DNA of 64,000 nucleotides. It comes from Dysgonamonadaceae bacterium. GTDB taxonomy: Bacteria > Bacteroidota > Bacteroidia > Bacteroidales > Azobacteroidaceae. Of the stretch, positions 56,325 through 64,000 are shown in pieces. The stretch lies in the NCBI GenBank assembly GCA_031272075.1, contig JAISUK010000065.1, positions 7,420 to 71,419 of the forward strand. Direction: 5' to 3'. Positions within the stretch are counted from its first letter, which is position 1. Each line of letters begins with the position of its first letter. The notes under the pieces are model-generated. The model saw only the letters and a list, made by a program, of their open reading frames with translations. It ran no database searches and was not told the origin of the DNA. The position numbers were made by a program, and so were the translations under genes.

Positions 56325-57311
56325 ATGAATAAAAATATCGTCAGACAGAAAGCCAAAGAATGTATCCGGCTGTTGCAAGATGTGGATTTCGATCGCTTGG
56401 GAATCAGTCAATACAATTTGGAATACATCCGGCAGTTGCTTCCTGATCTGGAATATCATTTCCGTATTTATACGGATTCAATTTTAATCTTGCTGAAGAA
56501 AGAAACAGTACAAAAGCACTTTGTTGATTTTGGAGGCGGGCATGGCTTTTTGAGTATTTTGTTGAAAAGTCTGGGCTTTAAGGTAATTTATTGCGATCAC
56601 AATCCACTGTCGGTGCAGACGGTTACTAAATTGGGCGCCGCATTGAATCTGTCGCCCGACCACATCGTCGAGGGGTCAAGCGCCGAACTGCATGCTTATT
56701 GTGCGGTGAATAAGTTGAAGCCGAACTACCTGATTGGCACAGACTTGATTGAGCATGTGTATGATCTGAATGTTTTTTTTGCAAACTTGCATCAAATCAA
56801 TCCACGGTTTAAGATGATTTTTACAACTTGTGCCAATCCTTCCAATCCATATTGCGTCTGGAAACTGCGTAAGTTGATGCTTCAGACCGAAAAAAACATA
56901 TTCTTCCCGATGCGGAGTGATTTCATCCAGGAAAATTATCCGGAACTTGCTGAAAAAGAACGTCTTTTCCTGGCGAAACAGACGCGCGGACTGACGTATA
57001 AAACGATGGAAGACGCCATTGAGGTTTATCAGGAAACGAGACAAATTCCGCAGCCCGATGTCGACAAATACAATACCTGTGACCCGCAAAGCGGGAATTG
57101 GATGGAGCGGATTCTTCCGCTGAAAGACTACCAGGAACTATTGAAAAAGCATGGATTCAAAGCGGAATTTAAGAAAGGATTCTACAACGAAAAACGAAAT
57201 CGGATGTTGGTTTCCCTATTCGTGAAACTGGTAAACAAGGTGGTGAAATACACCGGTATTATCGGCAGAACAATCTGCGCTTACCTGATTATCAAAGTGA
57301 TTCCTCGATAA
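56325..57311 (+). CDS. Class I SAM-dependent methyltransferase-like protein
   Basis: FVDFGGGHG motif I, IYCD, DLIEHV. Confidence 0.7.
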   Translation: MNKNIVRQKAKECIRLLQDVDFDRLGISQYNLEYIRQLLPDLEYHFRIYTDSILILLKKETVQKHFVDFGGGHGFLSILLKSLGFKVIYCDHNPLSVQTVTKLGAALNLSPDHIVEGSSAELHAYCAVNKLKPNYLIGTDLIEHVYDLNVFFANLHQINPRFKMIFTTCANPSNPYCVWKLRKLMLQTEKNIFFPMRSDFIQENYPELAEKERLFLAKQTRGLTYKTMEDAIEVYQETRQIPQPDVDKYNTCDPQSGNWMERILPLKDYQELLKKHGFKAEFKKGFYNEKRNRMLVSLFVKLVNKVVKYTGIIGRTICAYLIIKVIPR

Positions 57312-60111
57312 AAGAGCGTAGTTTTTGCTTCAGGAACCGTCCGGTATGCGAATGCTCACACTGCGCAATCTGTTCGGGTGTCCCTTCGCAAACGATATAT
57401 CCGCCCTGGTCGCCTCCTTCAGGCCCTATGTCGATGACATGATCGGCGCATTTAATGATGTCCATATTGTGTTCGATCAGGATGATGGTATGCCCGCGTC
57501 CGATCAGCGCAGAAAAAGCTTTCAGTAAAGTCTTGATGTCATGGAAATGCAATCCGGTGGTCGGTTCGTCGAAAATAAACAGCGTAGGTTGCGTCTTCTC
57601 TTCACTCAGGTGATAAGCCAGTTTTACCCGTTGATTTTCACCGCCCGAAAGTGTATAAGAACTCTGTCCGAGTTTGATGTAACCCAATCCCACTTCGCTC
57701 AGACAGCGCAACTTTTTGCTGATTTTCTTCTCCTGGGCGCCGCATTTCCCGCTTTCGAAAAATTCAATGGCTTCGTCAATCGTCATTTCCAGGATTTCAT
57801 AGATATTTTTGTTTTTATATGTTACTTCCAAAATGTCCTGTTTGAACCGTTTTCCGTGGCATTGGTCACATTCCAGCACCACGTCGGCCATGAACTGCAT
57901 TTCTACTGTAATGAATCCTTCGCCTTTACATTCTTCGCACCGTCCGCCTTCAGTATTGAAAGAGAAATAGGCGGGGGTATAATTCATCTGTTTGGCCAGT
58001 GTCTGGTCGGCAAACAACTTTCTTATCTCATCGTAGATCTTGATGTAGGTCACAGGATTCGACCGCGTTGACCTGCCGATCGGATTCTGGTCAACAAATT
58101 CGACGGCTTTGATCAGGTGTAAGTCTCCTTCCATCCGTTGCATCTGAATGGAATGGTTGTTGTTTTCGTAGTAGGCTTTCAATGATTGATAGAGCACATC
58201 GTGCACCAGCGACGATTTTCCCGAACCGCTTACGCCCGTGACCACCGTCATCACATTTAATGGGAATTTGACGTCGATGGATTTCAGGTTATGCTCTCTG
58301 GCGCCTTTGATCTCGATGAAATTGTTCCATTTACGGCGTAATGAAGGCGTTTCGATGCAGTCTTCGCCGGTAAGGTAGCGTACGGTGACACTCTCCGAAT
58401 GGGTTTCCAGGTCAGCAATGGCGCCCTGGTAAACAATCCGTCCGCCCAATTGACCGGCCATCGGACCGATATCGATGATGTAGTCTGCGGCGCGAATGAT
58501 CTCTTCATCGTGTTCTACAACGACAAGCGTATTGCCCAACCCTTGAAGTTGCCTCAACACTTTGATCAACAGTCCGGTGTCCCTTGAATGAAGTCCGATG
58601 CTCGGCTCGTCCAGGATATAAAGCGAGCCTACCAGGCTGCTGCCCAAGGAAGTAACCAGGTTGATTCGCTGACTTTCTCCGCCCGACAACGACGATGACA
58701 ACCGGTTAAGAGAGAGGTAGCCCAAGCCCACATCCAGCAGAAATTGCAGGCGCGTGTTGATTTCCAGTAATAACCGTTTCGCTACCAGTCGATCGTGTTC
58801 GTCCAGCGCCAGTCGCTCGAAAAACAACTTGAGGTCTTTCACGGACATCACTACCAGCTCGGAGATGGATTTCCCGGCAATCTTGACGTACAATGCCTGC
58901 GGCTTCAGACGGGTTCCCTTGCAGGTGGGACACAGTGTTTTTCCCCGATAACGCGACAGCATGACGCGGTACTGAATTTTATACAGGTTTTCTTCTACAT
59001 GTTTGAAAAAATCGTCGATTCCATGCAGTCGCCCGTCGTTGCTTCCATGCCACAATAAGTCTTTTTCCCGATCCGAAAGTTGATAATACGGCTTATGGAT
59101 CGGAAAATCGTATTTCCCGGCATGTTGAATAAACCAGCGCTTAAATTCGCTCATTTTTTCTCCTTTCCAACAAACGACGGCATCGTCGTATACCGACAAT
59201 GATTGGTTTGGAATCACCAGGTTTTCATCAATCCCGATGACATTGCCGAAGCCTTCGCAGCGTGGGCAGGCGCCGGAAGGGCTGTTGAAATTAAACATCA
59301 ATTCGCTGGGTTCTTCAAACACCATCCCGTCGGCTTCAAACCGTTTGGAAAATTCCTTGGTCTCAATCCCTGTTTGGGTATGGAATTTGAAGATGCAATA
59401 GCCGTTCCCTTCAAAAAACGCAGTCTCGACGGAATCGGCAATCCGGTTGAGCGCTTGCGGATCCGAAGTGGCGACAAAGCGGTCGATAAGCAAAAAGACC
59501 TCGTCGGATTGCAACAACTCCGGTTGCCCGATCGCTTCGTCGATCCTGCAGATCTGTTCCCGGATTTCGACCCTGGAATAGCCTTCTTTCGCCAACACTT
59601 CCAATTGTTCACGCAGGGTACGTTCGTGCGACGGTTGTATCCGGGCGAGCAAGGAGATCCGCGTTCCTTCGGGATAAAGAGCGATAGCGTCGATCACATC
59701 GCTTACCTGGTATTTTTTCACGATTTCTCCCGAAACAGGGGAGATTGTTTTACCGATACGGGCATACAAAAGTTTCAGGTAATCGTAAATCTCGGTCGAA
59801 GTGCCTACCGTTGAACGCGGGTTGCGGGTGTTGACTTTTTGTTCGATCGCAATGGCGGGAGGGATTCCCATGATGTAATCACATTCCGGTTTACTCATTC
59901 TTCCAAGGAACTGCCGCGCGTAGGAAGAAAGGCTTTCCACATAACGCCGTTGCCCCTCGGCATACAGTGTGTCGAAAGCCAAAGATGATTTTCCGGAGCC
60001 GGATAACCCTGTGATTACAATCAGTTTATCGCGCGGGATGAATACGTCGATGTTTTTCAGATTGTTTACCCTTGCCCCTTTAATAATAATGTGAGATCCC
60101 GAATCCATCAA
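57292..60111 (-). CDS. uvrA: Excinuclease ABC subunit A
   Basis: [36 protein letters not shown], CxxC zinc fingers, second ABC domain. Confidence 0.97.
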   Translation of the reverse strand: MMDSGSHIIIKGARVNNLKNIDVFIPRDKLIVITGLSGSGKSSLAFDTLYAEGQRRYVESLSSYARQFLGRMSKPECDYIMGIPPAIAIEQKVNTRNPRSTVGTSTEIYDYLKLLYARIGKTISPVSGEIVKKYQVSDVIDAIALYPEGTRISLLARIQPSHERTLREQLEVLAKEGYSRVEIREQICRIDEAIGQPELLQSDEVFLLIDRFVATSDPQALNRIADSVETAFFEGNGYCIFKFHTQTGIETKEFSKRFEADGMVFEEPSELMFNFNSPSGACPRCEGFGNVIGIDENLVIPNQSLSVYDDAVVCWKGEKMSEFKRWFIQHAGKYDFPIHKPYYQLSDREKDLLWHGSNDGRLHGIDDFFKHVEENLYKIQYRVMLSRYRGKTLCPTCKGTRLKPQALYVKIAGKSISELVVMSVKDLKLFFERLALDEHDRLVAKRLLLEINTRLQFLLDVGLGYLSLNRLSSSLSGGESQRINLVTSLGSSLVGSLYILDEPSIGLHSRDTGLLIKVLRQLQGLGNTLVVVEHDEEIIRAADYIIDIGPMAGQLGGRIVYQGAIADLETHSESVTVRYLTGEDCIETPSLRRKWNNFIEIKGAREHNLKSIDVKFPLNVMTVVTGVSGSGKSSLVHDVLYQSLKAYYENNNHSIQMQRMEGDLHLIKAVEFVDQNPIGRSTRSNPVTYIKIYDEIRKLFADQTLAKQMNYTPAYFSFNTEGGRCEECKGEGFITVEMQFMADVVLECDQCHGKRFKQDILEVTYKNKNIYEILEMTIDEAIEFFESGKCGAQEKKISKKLRCLSEVGLGYIKLGQSSYTLSGGENQRVKLAYHLSEEKTQPTLFIFDEPTTGLHFHDIKTLLKAFSALIGRGHTIILIEHNMDIIKCADHVIDIGPEGGDQGGYIVCEGTPEQIAQCEHSHTGRFLKQKLRSFIEESL

Positions 60112-60291
60112 TCGTTGAAATAAGATGCAAAGGTAATATTTTCCATTGATTTCTCTTTGCTCTATACAAAATATGTTTTATAACATATCTATAAAGTTGT
60201 ATATCCGTTAAATATTTTATAATTTGCGCCCCCGTTTGAGAAAATTATTTATTATCAGTCTTAATTGTTAAACATATTTTAAATCGGTATC

Positions 60292-62448
60292 ATGAAAGTA
60301 TATCAAACAAATGAAATCAGGAACATTGCTATTATCGGCAGTTCCGGCTCCGGGAAAACCACCCTCGCAGAAGCCATGCTCTACGAGGGTGGTATTATAA
60401 AACGGAGGGGAAATATTGACGCAAAAAACACCATTTGCGATTATTTCCCGGTAGAGAAAGAATACGGTTATTCGGTGTTTTCAACCATATTCAGTGTGGA
60501 ATGGATGAATAAAAAACTCAATTTCATCGATTGTCCGGGTTCGGACGATTTTGTGGGAGGCGCTGTCTCCGCCCTGAATGTGACCGACACGGCCTTGATG
60601 CTCGTCAATGGTCAATATGGCGTGGAAGTCGGTACGATCAACCTGTTTCGTTACACCGAACGCATGAACAAACCGGTCATTTTTGTCGTCAATCAGTTGG
60701 ATCACGACAAATGTGATTTCGATAATGTGCTGAACCAATTGAAAGAGACCTACGGCCCGCGTGTCGTCCCGGTACAGTATCCCGTCACCTGTGGCGCTTC
60801 TTTCAATGCGGTGGTGGATGTGCTGAAAATGAAGATGTACAAATGGAAGCCCGAAGGCGGCGTACCGGAAGTATTGGAAATTCCGGAATCGGAAAAATCC
60901 AAAGCGGAAACGCTGTATCAGGCATTGGTTGAAGCAGCCGCGGAAAACGATGAAACGCTGATGGAGAAATTTTTCGACCAGGGGAGCCTGACGGAAGAAG
61001 AAATGCGCAAAGGAATCCGGCAAGGCCTGATCACAAGGGGGATGTTCCCGGTATTTTGTGTCTGCGCCGAACGCGACATGTGCGTTCGCCGCACCATGGA
61101 ATTTCTGGGCGATGTGGTTCCCGAAGTGGGCGAAATGCCGGCATGCGTCAATACCGAAGGGAAAGAAGTCTCCCCCGACCCGAACGCTCCGACAAGCATT
61201 TTTGTCTTCAAAACCACGGTAGAACCGCATATCGGGAAGGTGTCCTATTTCAAAGTGATGACCGGGAAAATCAAATCAGGAGACGATCTGACGAACGAAG
61301 ACCGCGGCTCGAAAGAACGAATCTCCCAATTGTTTGTGGTCGCAGGGCAAAACAGAACCGAAGTCCCGGAAATTGTCGCAGGAGATCTCGGTGCAACCGT
61401 CAAACTGAAAGATGTCAGCACCGGCAACACCCTGAACGCGAAAGGCGTCGAAAACAAGTTTGATTTCATCAAATATCCCAACTCTAAATATCGTCGCGCG
61501 ATCAAATCGGTCAATGAAGCTGATTCCGAAAAGATGATGGAAATCCTGAACCGGATGCGTTCGGAAGATCCTACTTGGGTAGTGGAACAATCGAAAGAAT
61601 TGAAGCAAATCATCCTTTCCGGACAAGGCGAATTTCATTTGAAGACCTTGAAATGGCGGATTGAAAACAACGACAAACTGCCTATCGAATTTCTTGAACC
61701 GAAGATTCCTTATCGGGAAACGATTACGAAGACAGCCCGCGCCGATTACCGGCATAAGAAACAGTCCGGGGGCGCCGGACAGTTCGGGGAAGTGCACCTG
61801 ATCGTTGAGCCGTACCAGGAAGGAATGCCCACGCCGGAAATCTATAAGTTCAATAATCAGGAATTTAAGATTCAGGTGCGTGATTTGCAGGAAATTCCGC
61901 TAGAGTGGGGCGGCAAGTTGATCTTTATTAACAGTATCGTCGGCGGTTCCATCGACGCGCGTTTCCTCCCTGCGATTCTGAAAGGCGTCATGGCTCGGAT
62001 GGAACAAGGTCCTTTGACCGGTTCGTATGCCCGCGATGTGCGTGTCATTGTCTACGACGGCAAGATGCACCCGGTCGATTCCAACGAAGTCTCGTTTATG
62101 CTTGCGGGTCGCAATGCTTTCAGTGAGGCGTTCCGGAATGCCGGACCGAAGATTCTGGAACCGATTTACGACGTTGAAGTCTCGCTTCCAGCCGACTGTA
62201 TGGGCGACGTGATGGGCGATTTGCAAGGACGCCGCGCCATGATCATGGGCATGTCGTCGGAAAAAGGATATGAAAAACTGATGGCAAAGGTGCCGCTGAA
62301 AGAAATGAGTAATTACTCTACTTCTTTGAGTTCAATCACCGGCGGACGCGCCTCTTTCACCATGAAGTTCGCTTCATACGAACTCGTCCCGACAGACGTT
62401 CAGGATAAATTATTGAAAGAATACGAAGCACAACAGGAAGCGGAATAA
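60292..62448 (+). CDS. fusA2: Elongation factor G paralog (EF-G2)
   Basis: GSSGSGKTT, DCPGSDDF in place of DTPGHVDF, HKKQSGGAGQFGEV, MHPVDS; extra segment in domain IV. Confidence 0.9.
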   Translation: MKVYQTNEIRNIAIIGSSGSGKTTLAEAMLYEGGIIKRRGNIDAKNTICDYFPVEKEYGYSVFSTIFSVEWMNKKLNFIDCPGSDDFVGGAVSALNVTDTALMLVNGQYGVEVGTINLFRYTERMNKPVIFVVNQLDHDKCDFDNVLNQLKETYGPRVVPVQYPVTCGASFNAVVDVLKMKMYKWKPEGGVPEVLEIPESEKSKAETLYQALVEAAAENDETLMEKFFDQGSLTEEEMRKGIRQGLITRGMFPVFCVCAERDMCVRRTMEFLGDVVPEVGEMPACVNTEGKEVSPDPNAPTSIFVFKTTVEPHIGKVSYFKVMTGKIKSGDDLTNEDRGSKERISQLFVVAGQNRTEVPEIVAGDLGATVKLKDVSTGNTLNAKGVENKFDFIKYPNSKYRRAIKSVNEADSEKMMEILNRMRSEDPTWVVEQSKELKQIILSGQGEFHLKTLKWRIENNDKLPIEFLEPKIPYRETITKTARADYRHKKQSGGAGQFGEVHLIVEPYQEGMPTPEIYKFNNQEFKIQVRDLQEIPLEWGGKLIFINSIVGGSIDARFLPAILKGVMARMEQGPLTGSYARDVRVIVYDGKMHPVDSNEVSFMLAGRNAFSEAFRNAGPKILEPIYDVEVSLPADCMGDVMGDLQGRRAMIMGMSSEKGYEKLMAKVPLKEMSNYSTSLSSITGGRASFTMKFASYELVPTDVQDKLLKEYEAQQEAE

Positions 62449-63564
62449 CTATCCGTCTTCATTTCGGATTACAACCTTCAGCCGGTCGATGGCCATATTC
62501 ACCTCGACCGGCGCGAAGTACCGCGGATGCACAAAATTCAGGTATTTCAATATCTTGAAAGCGTTGAAATAATTGAAAAACCGTTTTCGGAATGCCTCCG
62601 GACGGTTTGTGTTGCGGTTGATTTCTTCCAGTCGGTCGGTGATGGTTTCGTTTTCCAGAAACGCCTTCAACGGGTCAGGCAGCTCGCTGATGATGTCGGC
62701 AATCGCATCCGTCGGCGTGTGATAAAATCGGTCAATCCGGCAGAAAAAAGTTTTCAGTAATTGAAACGACTCGACACTGTAGGTCGTCTTGATGGGTTGC
62801 GCGCCTGCCGTCAGTTTGATTAATTCCGGCCCCGTGCCGAACGGCACCCTGTCGGAGAGCCTGGCAGCAGGATAAACACAGGTAGTGTCAATAAATCGGG
62901 TCTTCCCCAGCGGGAAGACTTTTTGCATAAAATAGAAATCTTCTCCGGCCTGCAGTTTACTCATTCCGCCGGCACGGGCGTAGGTTTCGCACCGAACGGC
63001 TATCGCCGAGCCGATGGTGTAATAAGCATAAGGGTAGCCGCAGTATTCCAGCGCCGCACGGTAATATCGTAGATAGTTTTCATAGATGGTTGCCGCTTTT
63101 CGGACAGGATCGGTTTCGGGCAGGTGTTCTGTCGGATGATGAAACGCGATCGTCGCCGAACACAGGTCGTGGGCATGAAACAGACGATAAATCTCCGTCA
63201 GGTAATTGGTGTCAACCGTGCAATCCGCATCCAGCGATACGATGATTCCCTGATTGCGACCGATGCGGTCGAACCGGCACAACGCCTCATCCATCCCCAG
63301 TTTACGCGGGATGCCCGCACCGCTTTGATGGCCGGGCAGATCTTCTATCAACAGCGGAATCAGACGGAAATGAGGATTGTTGTGTCTTGCGGCAAAATCC
63401 AGACTTTCGCGGTAAGTGCGTCGATTGGCTTCTTTGATATCGTTATCATTGAATTGGTAAGAATTGATTACCAGCAGGATTTCCGTAACGAAATTTCCAT
63501 TGACACATTCGAGCAGACTGTTCAGCGTGCCGTGGACATCCGGTTCATGGTAGCAGGGGATCAC
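62449..63564 (-). CDS. Family 2 glycosyltransferase-like protein (start uncertain, probably further upstream)
   Basis: IPCYHEP, SLDADC, YTIGSA, AGEDFYF, RVPFGTG; reading frame stays open upstream of 63564. Confidence 0.8.
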   Translation of the reverse strand: MIPCYHEPDVHGTLNSLLECVNGNFVTEILLVINSYQFNDNDIKEANRRTYRESLDFAARHNNPHFRLIPLLIEDLPGHQSGAGIPRKLGMDEALCRFDRIGRNQGIIVSLDADCTVDTNYLTEIYRLFHAHDLCSATIAFHHPTEHLPETDPVRKAATIYENYLRYYRAALEYCGYPYAYYTIGSAIAVRCETYARAGGMSKLQAGEDFYFMQKVFPLGKTRFIDTTCVYPAARLSDRVPFGTGPELIKLTAGAQPIKTTYSVESFQLLKTFFCRIDRFYHTPTDAIADIISELPDPLKAFLENETITDRLEEINRNTNRPEAFRKRFFNYFNAFKILKYLNFVHPRYFAPVEVNMAIDRLKVVIRNEDG

Positions 63565-63667
63565 TACGATAATGCCCGTGTTTTCCGAAATCGGAAATCG
63601 GGAAGTGAGGGAGTGCTTGAGGTGCTTCTCCAGATAGTCTGCTATGACCGCTTGTTTAACGATAGGA

Positions 63668-64000
63668 TCAGTTTTCCTTGGGGACGTATCGTTTATTCAG
63701 GAAATCCGTAACTTCGCGGGTAATATCGAAAACATCGTCGGCATAGAGCATGGGGCTGGTTCCCATATTGCTGAAAATGATCTGGTATTTCTTTTTCTCG
63801 TTGTAGATTTTGAGTGAGGCGACAATCGTATCTTCCAATTGTTTGTTCACTCTCCCGCGTTCGGCGAGAAATTCATTTTGGGTACGGGAGGCCAATTCTT
63901 CCAGATCTTGTTGTTTCTTTTTCAAGCGGCTTTCTTCCTGCATCATCCGTTCATTGGTCAGAAAAGCATTGTTTTGGGCTTTCATCTGGAAATCCATCAC
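63668..64000 (-). CDS. OmpH/Skp family chaperone (5' end outside window)
   Basis: Helical coiled coil ending YQIIFSN...LYADDVFDITREV. Confidence 0.8.
   Translation of the reverse strand: MMDFQMKAQNNAFLTNERMMQEESRLKKKQQDLEELASRTQNEFLAERGRVNKQLEDTIVASLKIYNEKKKYQIIFSNMGTSPMLYADDVFDITREVTDFLNKRYVPKEN

Noticed and set aside
36882-57311. Convergent 3' overlaps (tsaE/MFS 30 bp, OPT/ABC 17 bp, methyltransferase/uvrA 20 bp)
   Set aside because: Short tail-to-tail overlaps are common and show no extra structure.
27855-63711. Long antisense ORFs such as 27855-28841, 33288-34208 and 60481-61230
   Set aside because: Shadows of well-supported genes on the opposite strand; no recognisable motifs.
1-64000. 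Invertible promoter, DGR, retron or defence system
   Set aside because: No recombinase, reverse transcriptase, template/variable repeat pair or defence-domain motif recognised.

Overview
Bacteroidota (Bacteroidales-like) chromosomal window, judged from SusC/SusD pairs, FecR/ECF systems and repeated TTTG-N19..21-TAnnTTTG promoters. 1-32.7 kb is accessory nutrient uptake: the 3' part of folA; locus 1 (FecR-susC-susD-TlpA, then an ECF sigma); locus 2 (ECF-FecR-susC-susD-fimbrillin-like lipoprotein-mutarotase-two Asp-box propeller lipoproteins-DUF5107/TPR); and a convergent locus 3 (susC-susD-EEP phosphoesterase-lipoprotein). 33.2-64 kb is mostly housekeeping (ffh, folD, tRNA-His, tsaE, MFS, rpsA, rsmG, gcvP, ferritin, OPT, RecD-like helicase, rsmI, Gfo/Idh/MocA + DUF1080, uvrA, EF-G2, GT2, OmpH). 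The standout signal is a dispersed ~90-nt structured non-coding element: six full copies and two solo right ends. Every copy sits exactly on a start codon, is flanked by a duplicated ATGAA, rebuilds the downstream gene's start with its own ...AAATTATTGACGT-ATG end, and turns the upstream ATG into a short uORF. No mobilising enzyme is in the window. All calls come from reading motifs by eye; no database search or folding computation was run.
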